Assembly: GCA_020348985.1 (NCBI GenBank)
Contig: CP070761.1
Coordinates: 2,157,217 to 2,192,801 of the forward strand
DNA length: 35,585 nt
Source: Candidatus Thorarchaeota archaeon
Lineage (GTDB): Archaea > Asgardarchaeota > Thorarchaeia > Thorarchaeales > Thorarchaeaceae
Direction of reading: 5' to 3'
Shown: positions 9,797 through 19,134 of the stretch, piece after piece
Layout of the letters: each line of letters begins with the position of its first letter
How positions within the stretch are numbered: position 1 is the stretch's first letter
Position numbers and translations under genes: made by a program
Notes under the pieces: model-generated
Database searches by the model: none
What the model was told of the DNA's origin: nothing
What the model saw: the letters and a program-made list of their open reading frames with translations, nothing else

Positions 9797-9952
9797 ATGC
9801 CAGTTGCTGACATCGAGAAAAGAAGGCTTGCACAGCACTATTTGCTTTACAAGTCCATATGCCGTTACTGCGGCGCGACTAATCCTCCAAAAGCGAAGAA
9901 GTGCAGGAAGTGCAAGAACAAAGACCTCAGACCTAAGAGACGGAAGAAGTAG
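9797..9952 (+). CDS. rpl40e: 50S ribosomal protein L40e (51 aa; missing from ORF track)
   Basis: Manual translation MPVADIEKRRLAQHYLLYKSICRYCGATNPPKAKKCRKCKNKDLRPKRRKK; CRxC-x10-CRKC-x4-LRPK; SD GAGGT upstream. Confidence 0.93.
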   Translation: MPVADIEKRRLAQHYLLYKSICRYCGATNPPKAKKCRKCKNKDLRPKRRKK

Positions 9953-9980
9953 GCCCATACTGCATCGAGCCACAGGGTCC

Positions 9981-10086
9981 GGGCCGGTGATCTAGTTGGC
10001 TATGATGTCGCCTTCACAAGCAGGATTCATACGAGTTCTGTGGAAAACGGCGAAAATCGGGAGTTCGAATCTCCCCCGGCCCACCA
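9981..10086 (+). tRNA. tRNA-Val(CAC) with 29-nt intron at 37/38 (10019-10047) and encoded CCA
   Basis: Acceptor GGGCCGG/CCGGCCC+A+CCA; anticodon stem TCGCC/GGCGA, anticodon CAC at 10015-17; T arm GGGAG-TTCGAAT-CTCCC; intron forms a BHB-like motif. Confidence 0.93.
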
Positions 10087-10259
10087 CCTTGATTGCTTCT
10101 GAGACTACTGAACGTAGTCCGCCTATCAGTTGGGCATTGTATTCATTGAGCACGGTTTTCACATTATTTGGTTCCACATGGTAACATTGAGCAGCCACTC
10201 TTTTATACGAGAGTTTTGCGGGGCACTTCAATTCGTGTGAAGATTGGTGGAAGTTAGCG

Positions 10260-11744
10260 ATGGTGTACTATGTGGAAATGCCGCAGGCGCGAAAGACAGG
10301 TGTCTTAGGATACTACCTTCTTCTATGCCTAATCGGCGTCTCCGTCTTTTTGAGTCCAACAGGAAACATCATTCCGATTCATTTTGAGCCAACTAGAGAT
10401 AGGATCAACTGTTTGGCGGACCCTGACATGGGAGGGGGTGGTGTAACCAATTGTGGAAATGGACCCTGTCACCCCAACCAATATGGCAATTGGAGCCTAA
10501 CAGGCCATGCAACACACATCTCTCAGTATAATTCGTCTCATGTCATGTTCTCGGACTCAACTATAGTCAGCTATGTGACATTCGACTCGGATTGTGCAGA
10601 ATGCCACACCAGTGGATATGACAACAACACAGGAACCTACGACAGTCTCGGAATCAACTGTCTTGTTTGCCATGATGCTTCTTGGTCAGCATGGTCTGAT
10701 TATTCCGGTGCACTGTGCAGTCAATGTCATAGGCCAGCAGGCACAGCAGGCCCGCACCAGCATCTCGCTTTCCAGAATTCGGATCACGTAGATTCGTTGA
10801 ATGACTTGAGAGCAAGTGTGACCCCTGTAGCACCATGTATGCGTTGCCATTCTACAGAGAGTTTCATTCACTACCGAAATCCTGGTATGCTGGCGGATGA
10901 CACTCCAAACATCGATACTAACTTTGATCCTTTTGGTGACTATAATCCGATTGGCTGTTCTGCATGTCATTCTGTCCACGCCAACTGGTCTGGCTCGTCA
11001 CCTTCTATGATTAGAGCAAATTCTTCAGCTGAACTCTGCATCTTGTGTCATTCTGGCGGCCAGTACCCCGTCTACGAGATCTGGAACGGCAGCTCGCATC
11101 ACCTCGCTGGGGTAGAGTGTACAGATTGTCATGGCTACAATCTACTTCTCAACGAATCAGGCTCAAACTGGGTTCCCTTTCTGAACCATACATTCTCTGT
11201 TGACCCCGAGGTTGCATGCGGCCAACAAGGGTGTCACGATGGCGGTTTGGCAACATGGGCGCTTGGACAACTTGAGATGATTCAAGACTCATTTGATGCA
11301 TTGACAGATGAGATTCTTCTTGAAGCAGATGAGCTTCAGGATTTCCTCAATGAATACAATGGAACCGACTATGCGAACATAACAACAGCCGAGCAGATTC
11401 AACAGGCTATCGACAATGCAAGGAACTTGGTGGAAAGATATCGTCTTGATAAATCACGGGGACTTCATAACCAGTGGCAGATATTTCAGGACCTGAATGC
11501 TGTTTACAATGACTTGGTTGCGGCTGAAGCCCATTTGACAGAGGTAACATTTCTCGCCTTAGAAACGGAAAGAGTTACAGTAACTGTCACAGTCACCAAA
11601 ACAGTGACGGAGGTTGTCACTGTGACAAAGGTTGTTCCTCCGCCTGAGTCAGACAGCAGGTTGGTCATCTCTGGACTTGGCATTGGCGGATTGCTGGCTG
11701 GCCTAGCAGCTGGTGTCATAATCACCCGATTGATTTACCGCTAG
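10260..11744 (+). CDS. Membrane-anchored multiheme c-type cytochrome (7 CxxCH + 2 Cx4CH)
   Basis: CAECH, CLVCH, CSQCH, CMRCH, CSACH, CILCH, CTDCH plus CGNGPCH, CGQQGCH; hydrophobic N-terminus; helical DKSRGLHN region; V/T-rich linker and C-terminal TM helix. Confidence 0.9.
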   Translation: MVYYVEMPQARKTGVLGYYLLLCLIGVSVFLSPTGNIIPIHFEPTRDRINCLADPDMGGGGVTNCGNGPCHPNQYGNWSLTGHATHISQYNSSHVMFSDSTIVSYVTFDSDCAECHTSGYDNNTGTYDSLGINCLVCHDASWSAWSDYSGALCSQCHRPAGTAGPHQHLAFQNSDHVDSLNDLRASVTPVAPCMRCHSTESFIHYRNPGMLADDTPNIDTNFDPFGDYNPIGCSACHSVHANWSGSSPSMIRANSSAELCILCHSGGQYPVYEIWNGSSHHLAGVECTDCHGYNLLLNESGSNWVPFLNHTFSVDPEVACGQQGCHDGGLATWALGQLEMIQDSFDALTDEILLEADELQDFLNEYNGTDYANITTAEQIQQAIDNARNLVERYRLDKSRGLHNQWQIFQDLNAVYNDLVAAEAHLTEVTFLALETERVTVTVTVTKTVTEVVTVTKVVPPPESDSRLVISGLGIGGLLAGLAAGVIITRLIYR

Positions 11745-11948
11745 CATCTTGAGTCATCTAGGGAAAACGTCGAGAAGACCAGATTCAAAGCTTTGATTCA
11801 CTGATCAATCACACGAGCACTCCGTCATGCTTATAACAAGTTGAACTTCGGAAGCAGAAGAGATTGGGGACATCAAGTCGTCCTACATGTGATGGTTCTT
11901 GTCAGCCATCTTAGCAATCAAACAATCACAGTCCTGCGAGGCTGTATC

Positions 11949-12164
11949 ATGCCAAAACAGATCTTTGACGTAGAGAAATTCCTTGAGATGACAGATGGCG
12001 CAATAGAATGCCGTGTGAAGCGGGCAAGCAACGAAGTCAAGCTCAAGCTACGGACATCTCGGTATCTCTATACACTTGTTGTGCCACCACAGGAGGCTGA
12101 AGACATCCTTCAGCGTGTGAAGTGCGAAGTCGTTGAAGCTCGCCCATCTTCAGAAGAAGATTAG
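11949..12164 (+). CDS. rpl38e: Ribosomal protein L38e
   Basis: MPKQIFDVEKFLE...RVKR...VKLKLRTSRYLYTL matches the eL38 pattern; ATG at 11949. Confidence 0.88.
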   Translation: MPKQIFDVEKFLEMTDGAIECRVKRASNEVKLKLRTSRYLYTLVVPPQEAEDILQRVKCEVVEARPSSEED

Positions 12165-13426
12165 ACTTCAACAATCTCTCCTGTTGACGGAACATGGGCC
12201 GTCATTCCCCTTTCGTCCAGCTGTTCAGCAAGAGCATCACAAGATTCTGACTCGCCATGCACCACATAGAATTCTGGATCACCAGGAATGTTCTCGAGAA
12301 GACTCAGAAGTCCTGCGGAATCTGAATGAGATGACAGATGATGCATTCTTACGTCGGCTTCTACTTCGTAGGTCTTGTTTCCAACTGCAACCTTGCCTGT
12401 CGCTAATAGCTCTGCGCCTGGAGTTCCTGGGACTTGAAAACTGACGAGAACTATCGAATTGTCTGGGTCATCGTGTAGCATCTTGAAGTAGAGATGAGAC
12501 GCACCTCCTTTGAGCATGCCGGCTGGAGAGATTATAATCCCGCGTTTGCTTGCTGCATCTCTTCGATCACGATTGTCATGAATCAAGATGGTCCTCTCAA
12601 CAGCTCTTGCGAACGCTTGGGGAGAGCCTATGTACTCAGGGTGTTTCATCAAGATATCGTTGACTTTGCGGGCCATGCCGTCAATGTAAATCGGATACTT
12701 GCTCAAGATGTCATATGATTCGAGTATGCACATTATCTCCTGACTTCGACCAACGGCAAATGCAGGGATGAGAACTGTTCCTTTCCGCTCAAGTGTTTCA
12801 AGAACCGACTGGACAAGTTCTTCTTCAGTCGTCTGTCGAGATGGATTGACTCTTCTTGCGTATGTGCTTTCGGTAACAACAACATCATGTTTTGGAAGAT
12901 TCTTCCTGGCTCCAGGATTGAGCCGGGACTCGGACGAATTGAAGTCTCCAGTAAACAGAATCCGCTTTCCATTGTATCTGATTGAGACCATAGCGCTACC
13001 GGGTATGTGTCCTGCATTGAAGAACGTCATCTCGAAACGGCGACCAATAGGTATGGTCTCTTCATACGTAGTTGTTTGGCTCTGGCGTCTTATACGGGCG
13101 ATATCGCCTCTTGTGAAAGGGAGGCGTCCGTCGGAAATCTTGTACATGTCCTGAAGGAGAACACTGGTCAGATCCCTAGTGGCGGGAGTGCAAAAGAGGG
13201 AGGCTTCGGATCTCGTGAGAGGAATTGGGAGAGCTCCCGAATGATCTAGATGTGCATGGGTTACCGCTATAGCTTGAAGGTCATCAAGAGGGACGGGGGG
13301 AGGAAATGCAGGGCGGTTCTGAAACTTGACTCCATAATCAACTAATATGCCCTCATCGGCTTCGTCCAAGTAAAATCCTGATCGACCTATTTCCCTGCAT
13401 GAACCAAGAAATGTGAGCTTAGCCAT
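12161..13426 (-). CDS. MBL-fold beta-CASP ribonuclease without KH domains (aCPSF2-like)
   Basis: LGSCREIGRS, THAHLDHSG, AGHIPGS, FTGD, ESTY, PAFAVGRSQE, SSHSD, VHGE. Confidence 0.9.
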   Translation of the reverse strand: MAKLTFLGSCREIGRSGFYLDEADEGILVDYGVKFQNRPAFPPPVPLDDLQAIAVTHAHLDHSGALPIPLTRSEASLFCTPATRDLTSVLLQDMYKISDGRLPFTRGDIARIRRQSQTTTYEETIPIGRRFEMTFFNAGHIPGSAMVSIRYNGKRILFTGDFNSSESRLNPGARKNLPKHDVVVTESTYARRVNPSRQTTEEELVQSVLETLERKGTVLIPAFAVGRSQEIMCILESYDILSKYPIYIDGMARKVNDILMKHPEYIGSPQAFARAVERTILIHDNRDRRDAASKRGIIISPAGMLKGGASHLYFKMLHDDPDNSIVLVSFQVPGTPGAELLATGKVAVGNKTYEVEADVRMHHLSSHSDSAGLLSLLENIPGDPEFYVVHGESESCDALAEQLDERGMTAHVPSTGEIVEV

Positions 13427-13612
13427 TGAGAAAGACTTCCGATGTCAGACGATTTCAAGCAGAAGAAAAGGCTTCCGAACAGGATATCGGTAATTCACGA
13501 GACTCCGAAGTCGCAGTCAGAGAATCGAAATCTATATCAGACTTGCACGGTTGTTGCCCTACAGCCGTTTGAGCAACAGCAAGCGGAGAGGCTGCGTGTG
13601 ACGGAGGAGAAG

Positions 13613-13948
13613 ATGGACAACGATTCCGACAGCGACGAACCAGCAAAGTCCACAGAAAAAGCCGATCTTGCTGAACAAGCTGAGCCTACAGTCCTTGTGG
13701 GCAACAAGAATGTCATGAGTTACGTCATGGCATGTAAGACCCTGTTCGACAAGGGGGCAAAGGAAGTCGTAATCAAGGCAAGAGGGAGATTGATTAGTAG
13801 AGCAGTTGATGTCGCGGAGATTACTAGACGCAGATTCATGACTGGTCTTGTAGTCAAAAGCATAGAAATAGGGACCACAAGTGTCACGACTGACAAGGGC
13901 AGTGAGCTGAACGTTTCTACAATCGATATTACACTCCATGCGTCATAG
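13613..13948 (+). CDS. albA: DNA/RNA-binding protein Alba with acidic N-terminal extension
   Basis: [12 protein letters not shown]...[18 protein letters not shown]...VSTIDITL; start ATG 13613 or GTG 13598. Confidence 0.92.
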   Translation: MDNDSDSDEPAKSTEKADLAEQAEPTVLVGNKNVMSYVMACKTLFDKGAKEVVIKARGRLISRAVDVAEITRRRFMTGLVVKSIEIGTTSVTTDKGSELNVSTIDITLHAS

Positions 13949-14020
13949 CGAGGTCCATGTCCCAAACTAGCTTGGAGCTGAGCCGCTGCTGGTGCTCTAA
14001 GACTAGATGAGGACTATCGA

Positions 14021-14599
14021 ATGCGCTTGCCCGTGTGTCGCTGGGATTTGGAATCCGATATTCTATGCCCTCAATGTCAAGAGAGGCTCGACAAGGGAGA
14101 ACTCTCCAAATTCGAGGTTAGCCTTTCAAATTGGCTTCTGGAAAGAGAGAAGCTATACCCATCCTTGGACAATCTCAATCTGCTTCGGGCTCAGAGAATT
14201 AGGAACCGATTGATACTGGTTGTTAAGAAGAAGACCAAAGATGCCCTAACTTCGGCCACGGGACTGATGGAGGAGATGCAGACTTCTTTTGGCGAAGTCA
14301 TGATAATGGAAGGACCGGTAAAGCTGAGGTCCTTAATTCGAATGCTCATATCTCCATGTGTTGAGCTGGGAATCAACAATCTATATCTTCCCGATGGAGT
14401 AAAGGAGAGCATTGTGATGCTCCGTCCAGAGGACAAAGAGAAGATATCCTATTCCAAGGACGAGTTAAGAGAGATAGCAACGGCAGTTCTTGACGAAATC
14501 GTGCTCTTCCGGTATCAGGACGAACAGGATGAGGGAGACATTGAAGAGGATGATGAGTTTGGAAAGAAGCTAAGAGCATACGGTCGCAGGAGACGGTGA
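14021..14599 (+). CDS. Archaeal NusA-like (NusA2) protein with N-terminal Zn finger and KH-like region
   Basis: MRLPVCRWDLESDILCPQCQERLDKGELSKFEV N-terminus, GINNLYLPDG; located after alba. Confidence 0.7.
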   Translation: MRLPVCRWDLESDILCPQCQERLDKGELSKFEVSLSNWLLEREKLYPSLDNLNLLRAQRIRNRLILVVKKKTKDALTSATGLMEEMQTSFGEVMIMEGPVKLRSLIRMLISPCVELGINNLYLPDGVKESIVMLRPEDKEKISYSKDELREIATAVLDEIVLFRYQDEQDEGDIEEDDEFGKKLRAYGRRRR

Positions 14600-14600
14600 G

Positions 14601-15938
14601 TCAGACCCTATTGATTGGATGATTCTTCATGATCTCTCTCATAATCACTGTTGCGTACGATCCCTTTGGAAGAATGAAATCGAACGTGAATCTGTCTTCG
14701 TGGCAAACAACTTCTAGTTCAGGGACTCTAATTGACACGAGATGAAGACCTCCGGGGGAGCTCAACCTCTTCCTTTCGGGATTATAGAAATCCTGTAGTT
14801 CAATGCCCTCCTGGCGAAGAATCTTCTCCATCATGTCTGTTTGGATTGAGGGTGGACTTTTGGTCGAGAAGCCGGGCACAGACCCGGCCACTCCAAACTC
14901 TTTAGATTGCACCTGCTCCTTCCGTTCATCGAGTTTCTTCTCGGTGACATAAAGCCAAGAGTCCCTTCCAGAGTGCATTCTGTCAAGTTGAATCAGGAAG
15001 TCTCCTTGTTCAGGTTGGTCCGCGGGCAGTCCTGACCTCACCCGTTCACTGATGAAGCGATTAAAGAGGTAGGACTGAAACGAATGCACAAACAGCGTCT
15101 GAATCCGGGGAGGAACTTTGGAGAAAGCTCTATCATAATCGCCCTCACGTTTCATGAGATGGACTAGGACATCTCGTTCGTACCTAAGTTCGCGTGGGAA
15201 AGTATCGATAATGGTCTCACTGGGCTTCATTTCTTCAGAGAGCTTCTTTCGTGCCTCAGTCAATTCATCTGATTCGAATTCACTTGTGGCTGTGAGCATA
15301 ATCCTGATGGCATCCTGGAAGTCCTTCTTCACAAGGGCTTTGCCTACGAGGTGAGTCTGTGGTCTTGTGACTCCGAACCGCTGAATTCCGAAGTAGTTCA
15401 ACAGAGGCATTTCGCTGAGCTCTAGGGCAGAATTGGAGATCTCTGCACACGTTGCATCTGCATTCCTGAGTGCTACTCTGAAGCGGTTTCCCCAAAGATC
15501 GCCTATGTCAATCTGATGCCTCTGATAGGTCAAATCCCTAATATCAATTCTAGAGAGCTTCAGTTTGGCTAGGGAGCTTGTGGCTCTTGCGGGAACCGAC
15601 ATCCTCTGCGTGGTCAGTGCCCTTTTGTCCTTCAATCCTGCGTAGCCGACATAACCGCGCGCTATATCCAAAGAAGAAGCGAGAATTGCGGCCACGTCAA
15701 ATGTTGAAAGACCCATCTTTTGAACAGTAAAGTGAATGTGCTTTGCCCGGGCTCCTTGAATGACCCTATCAGTACCAGCGGATTGCCAATCCTCAACCTT
15801 CAGGATTTCTTTCGTTGGAGGGATTTCTTCAACTATGAAGTCCTCGAAACGTTCCTTTAGATTTCCACCCACACCGGGAAAATCGGAAGAATAAAGCTCT
15901 ATTCCGTACTGGAGCTCAACAGGATGTGCATCCTTCAA
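14601..15938 (-). CDS. truD: tRNA pseudouridine(13) synthase TruD/Pus7
   Basis: EDFIVEE, GYAGLKDKRALTTQ, GDLWGNRF, NYFGIQRFG, HSFQSYLFN, LPKGSYAT. Confidence 0.95.
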   Translation of the reverse strand: MKDAHPVELQYGIELYSSDFPGVGGNLKERFEDFIVEEIPPTKEILKVEDWQSAGTDRVIQGARAKHIHFTVQKMGLSTFDVAAILASSLDIARGYVGYAGLKDKRALTTQRMSVPARATSSLAKLKLSRIDIRDLTYQRHQIDIGDLWGNRFRVALRNADATCAEISNSALELSEMPLLNYFGIQRFGVTRPQTHLVGKALVKKDFQDAIRIMLTATSEFESDELTEARKKLSEEMKPSETIIDTFPRELRYERDVLVHLMKREGDYDRAFSKVPPRIQTLFVHSFQSYLFNRFISERVRSGLPADQPEQGDFLIQLDRMHSGRDSWLYVTEKKLDERKEQVQSKEFGVAGSVPGFSTKSPPSIQTDMMEKILRQEGIELQDFYNPERKRLSSPGGLHLVSIRVPELEVVCHEDRFTFDFILPKGSYATVIMREIMKNHPINRV

Positions 15939-15949
15939 CTAGAATCCAC

Positions 15950-16336
15950 CTACAGAAGCTTCAGGTCTCCGGTGACTTTGTCCATGTCATCGCTTTTTGC
16001 AGGACCGATCCCTATGACTGTCATCGTGCCAGGAGGGAGCTCAGTCATCCCTGCATCATGAATCAGAGCGAAGGGCAGCTGATTATTCGCTGCTAGTCGC
16101 CTCAATTCCTTTAGCTCTTCTTCGGACTGCACTTTGACTGCGACTTTCTTCTGACCTTCTCTTAGCCAGGCCTTCAAGACGTCCTGATTAGTGACTCGGG
16201 TTCGTTCTGCTGCACTGACAGAACCGTGTGCCACTTGAACCGCTATCTTGCCTCTGCTCATGCCCAGGTCTAGTCGAACCGCAATGACCTGTTTGTATTT
16301 GAACTCTCTCTGGCGAATCTGGGTTGTCATTCGCAT
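15950..16336 (-). CDS. pth2: Peptidyl-tRNA hydrolase Pth2
   Basis: KQVIAVRLDLGMSRGKIAVQVAH, GQKKVAVK, DAGMTELPPGT, GIGP, TGDLKLL. Confidence 0.96.
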   Translation of the reverse strand: MRMTTQIRQREFKYKQVIAVRLDLGMSRGKIAVQVAHGSVSAAERTRVTNQDVLKAWLREGQKKVAVKVQSEEELKELRRLAANNQLPFALIHDAGMTELPPGTMTVIGIGPAKSDDMDKVTGDLKLL

Positions 16337-16395
16337 CGCCCTTTGGAAGAGCTGAGGAGAATGCTATAAAGGGTCCCATTAGACAATCAGTTGGG

Positions 16396-17610
16396 ATGAA
16401 CTCATTAGACCTCGATGTTGCCATTATAGGAGCAGGACCCTCTGGACTCCTGGCCGCAGTAGAGGTGGCCAGACATGGTCACAGCTGTGCTGTATTCGAA
16501 GAGCATCCGAATGTAGGTGAACCTGATCACTGTGCAGGTCTTCTTAGCACTTCGGGACTGAAATCCCTCCGACTCAGACCGCCCAAAGATGTCATTCAGA
16601 ATTATGTTAGCGGAGCACGAATATACTCGCCCTCAGGTCAGAGTATCTTGATTGAGAGAGGGAAAAGAGAGGCGTTTGCGGTCGACAGACGTAAGTTTGA
16701 CCTATGGCTGGCGGAAAAGGCACAAGACGCAGGTGCCGAAGTACTTACTCAACACAGAGTAGAAGGCATCAAGAGCAGTGGGAAGAATTCCGTTAGAGTT
16801 CATCTTCGGAATGGTGATGGTCGATTTGGCAAGACTGCGATTGTCGCAATTAACGCTGAAGGATCTAGATGTGTGGTGTCCAGAAAGGCAGGGCTTCCAA
16901 CCGTGAAAAAGCAGTCATTCCGTGTCGCCTATCAGTTTGAAGTCAAGAACGCTGAAATTGAAGACGACTCGGTTGAGATGTTCTACGGAAGGAAGTATGC
17001 TCCGGGCTTCTTTGTGTGGCTCATACCAATTGGAGACAATAGAGCGAGGGTTGGACTTGCTGCACGGGACAAAGCTAAGACACGATTGCAGGCAGCAATC
17101 CGTCATCATCCTATCCTCAAACAGAGACTGCGAAAATCACAAACAGAGCGAGGGTTCGGCGGAGCCGTACTTGTTGGGATGCCTATCCCTAGGACGTATG
17201 CTGACGGAATAATGATTACAGGAGACGCGGCTGGACTGGTCAAGCCAACCACAGGCGGCGGCGTGATTCTGGGTGGTACTGCCGCAAGGATGGCAGGTTC
17301 AACTGCTGCAGAAACCATCATGGAGAACGATTCCTCGGAAAGAGTCACGAGACTCTATGAGAAGAGATGGAAGTCACTGCTGTTGTCCGAACTTCGCACA
17401 ATGTATTTGGCTCAAAGGCTCATATCAGGTCTGGGAGACAAGGGACTAGACTCAGTGATTGGCGATGCATATCGATATGGCCTCGTAGATATTGTTGAGA
17501 GAGAGGGAGACATGGATATGCAACAGAGAACGATTACCAGACTAATGAGAGATCCTCGCATGTTTGCCGTTGGTCTGAAAGCAATTAGGTATCTCAATCC
17601 GTTCCTGTAG
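16396..17610 (+). CDS. Geranylgeranyl reductase family FAD-dependent oxidoreductase
   Basis: IIGAGPSG, CAG, DRRKFD, APGFFVWLIP, GDAAGLVKPTTGGG. Confidence 0.88.
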   Translation: MNSLDLDVAIIGAGPSGLLAAVEVARHGHSCAVFEEHPNVGEPDHCAGLLSTSGLKSLRLRPPKDVIQNYVSGARIYSPSGQSILIERGKREAFAVDRRKFDLWLAEKAQDAGAEVLTQHRVEGIKSSGKNSVRVHLRNGDGRFGKTAIVAINAEGSRCVVSRKAGLPTVKKQSFRVAYQFEVKNAEIEDDSVEMFYGRKYAPGFFVWLIPIGDNRARVGLAARDKAKTRLQAAIRHHPILKQRLRKSQTERGFGGAVLVGMPIPRTYADGIMITGDAAGLVKPTTGGGVILGGTAARMAGSTAAETIMENDSSERVTRLYEKRWKSLLLSELRTMYLAQRLISGLGDKGLDSVIGDAYRYGLVDIVEREGDMDMQQRTITRLMRDPRMFAVGLKAIRYLNPFL

Positions 17611-17654
17611 CCGGACAGCCAGCTTTATGTGACAACATCTGGAGCTACAGACTT

Positions 17655-19046
17655 GTGAAACAGGTGCGAGAGCTGACTAAAGAGAGACAAGAAGTGCAGG
17701 AGAAAGCATTGAAAGTGCTTGAAGAATATCCCCTGTGCGATCATTGTCTGGGCAGGCTCTTTGGATGGCTGAGCACGGCGACGACAAACAAAGAAAGAGG
17801 TCACTCTATCAAACTTGTTCTGTCCATGAATGCAGATTCTTTGCTGAAGTGTGGAAAGCGGGATCTCGGTTACAGTATAATACAGACACTTGCGAGCAAT
17901 GGGATGTTTGAGCCTGCAAAAGCGAGGGCCAATGCTGAGTCAATAGATTTTGAAGTTAGAGAGGAGTGTCATCTCTGTTCGTTTGATGGCGAATGCGTCT
18001 TCGACAAGATTCCTGGTGCAGTAGAGATGGCAGTGAAAAAGACGGAGGAAATCGAATTTGAGAACTTCCTTGTTGGTTCGGTTCAGAATCCTGAGCTTGA
18101 GGAGCGGCAAGATGAGCTATGTGCAGCCCATGGTCTGCTACATGCTGAGACGCTGAAATCCGATTTCAACCGTGAGCTAGGAAAGCAGCTACAGCCAATG
18201 CTTGGAAAGCCCGTAGAATTTGGAAAACCTGACATAGTGATTGTATACGATGTACCCCATGGTGATGTGAGGATTCAGATTAGCCCTCTATTCGTCTATG
18301 GAAGATATCGTAAACTGGTCAGGGGAATCCCCCAGAGCAGGTGGGACTGTGGGAAATGCGATGGAAAGGGGTGTGAGGTCTGTAATCACACGGGAAGAAA
18401 GTACCCCGATTCGATAGCTGAATACATTGGCAACCCCACTCAATTCATGTTTCAAGGTAGCCGCTTCAAATTCCATGCTGCAGGCAGGGAGGACATTGAC
18501 GTTCTGATGCTTGGCTCTGGCCGTCCATTTGTGGTGGAGGTTTCAGAGCCACGGATTCGTGAAGGTAACCTAGAGCAACTAGCGCAGAGAATCAATGACA
18601 GCACTGATGGTAAGATTGAGGTAGATGCGCTAGAATCAACAGCAAGAGACCATGCACAGTGGCTGAAGGAGAATGCAGCTGAGAATGTCAAGGAGTACAC
18701 CGCAATCATTGATGTGGATGGTCAGTTAGATGAGTCAATTCTCGGACGTGCACAAAACAGCCTTTCAGGAATCGTTATCGAACAGAGAACGCCGAATCGC
18801 GTTAGTCATCGAAGAAGCGATATCATTCGTAGAAAACATGTGTACGAAGTTCGGCTTAGATTGGTTGAGCCATGCCTCATCGAAGGCTCGTTCAAGGTTC
18901 AAGGCGGAACATATGTCAAAGAGCTAATCTCAGGCGATGAAGGCAGAACTATCCCTTCAGTTGCGGAGACACTGGGACTGCCGTGCTTTTGTCGAGAACT
19001 CACGGTGACAGCCATTCATTCATCTACTCCAGACCATAATCCTTAA
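17655..19046 (+). CDS. pus10: tRNA pseudouridine(54/55) synthase Pus10
   Basis: LCDHCLGR, GRYRKLVRGIPQSRW, FHAAGREDIDVLMLGSGRPF, QRTPNRVSHRR, GGTYVKELISGD. Confidence 0.95.
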   Translation: MKQVRELTKERQEVQEKALKVLEEYPLCDHCLGRLFGWLSTATTNKERGHSIKLVLSMNADSLLKCGKRDLGYSIIQTLASNGMFEPAKARANAESIDFEVREECHLCSFDGECVFDKIPGAVEMAVKKTEEIEFENFLVGSVQNPELEERQDELCAAHGLLHAETLKSDFNRELGKQLQPMLGKPVEFGKPDIVIVYDVPHGDVRIQISPLFVYGRYRKLVRGIPQSRWDCGKCDGKGCEVCNHTGRKYPDSIAEYIGNPTQFMFQGSRFKFHAAGREDIDVLMLGSGRPFVVEVSEPRIREGNLEQLAQRINDSTDGKIEVDALESTARDHAQWLKENAAENVKEYTAIIDVDGQLDESILGRAQNSLSGIVIEQRTPNRVSHRRSDIIRRKHVYEVRLRLVEPCLIEGSFKVQGGTYVKELISGDEGRTIPSVAETLGLPCFCRELTVTAIHSSTPDHNP

Positions 19047-19134
19047 GTGGCGACCCTAGAGGGATTGCTGGACCTCGGGGACTCTGTGGTATTTTTAGCG
19101 CACCGAGGTACAACTCTCAGTAAGATGATGTCTC

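Noticed and set aside
9804-10231. Short ORFs 9804-9995, 9788-9973, 9996-10184, 9992-10231
   Set aside because: They overlap the real rpl40e frame and the tRNA-Val gene
10087-11830. Cytochrome gene as a tRNA-integrated mobile element
   Set aside because: No integrase and no duplicated tRNA 3' end (att site) seen downstream
13442-13597. Long N-terminal extensions in the ORF track (Alba from 13442, L38e from 11841, psmB from 22876, FKBP from 21968)
   Set aside because: They span probable promoters or overlap upstream genes; family homology begins at downstream starts
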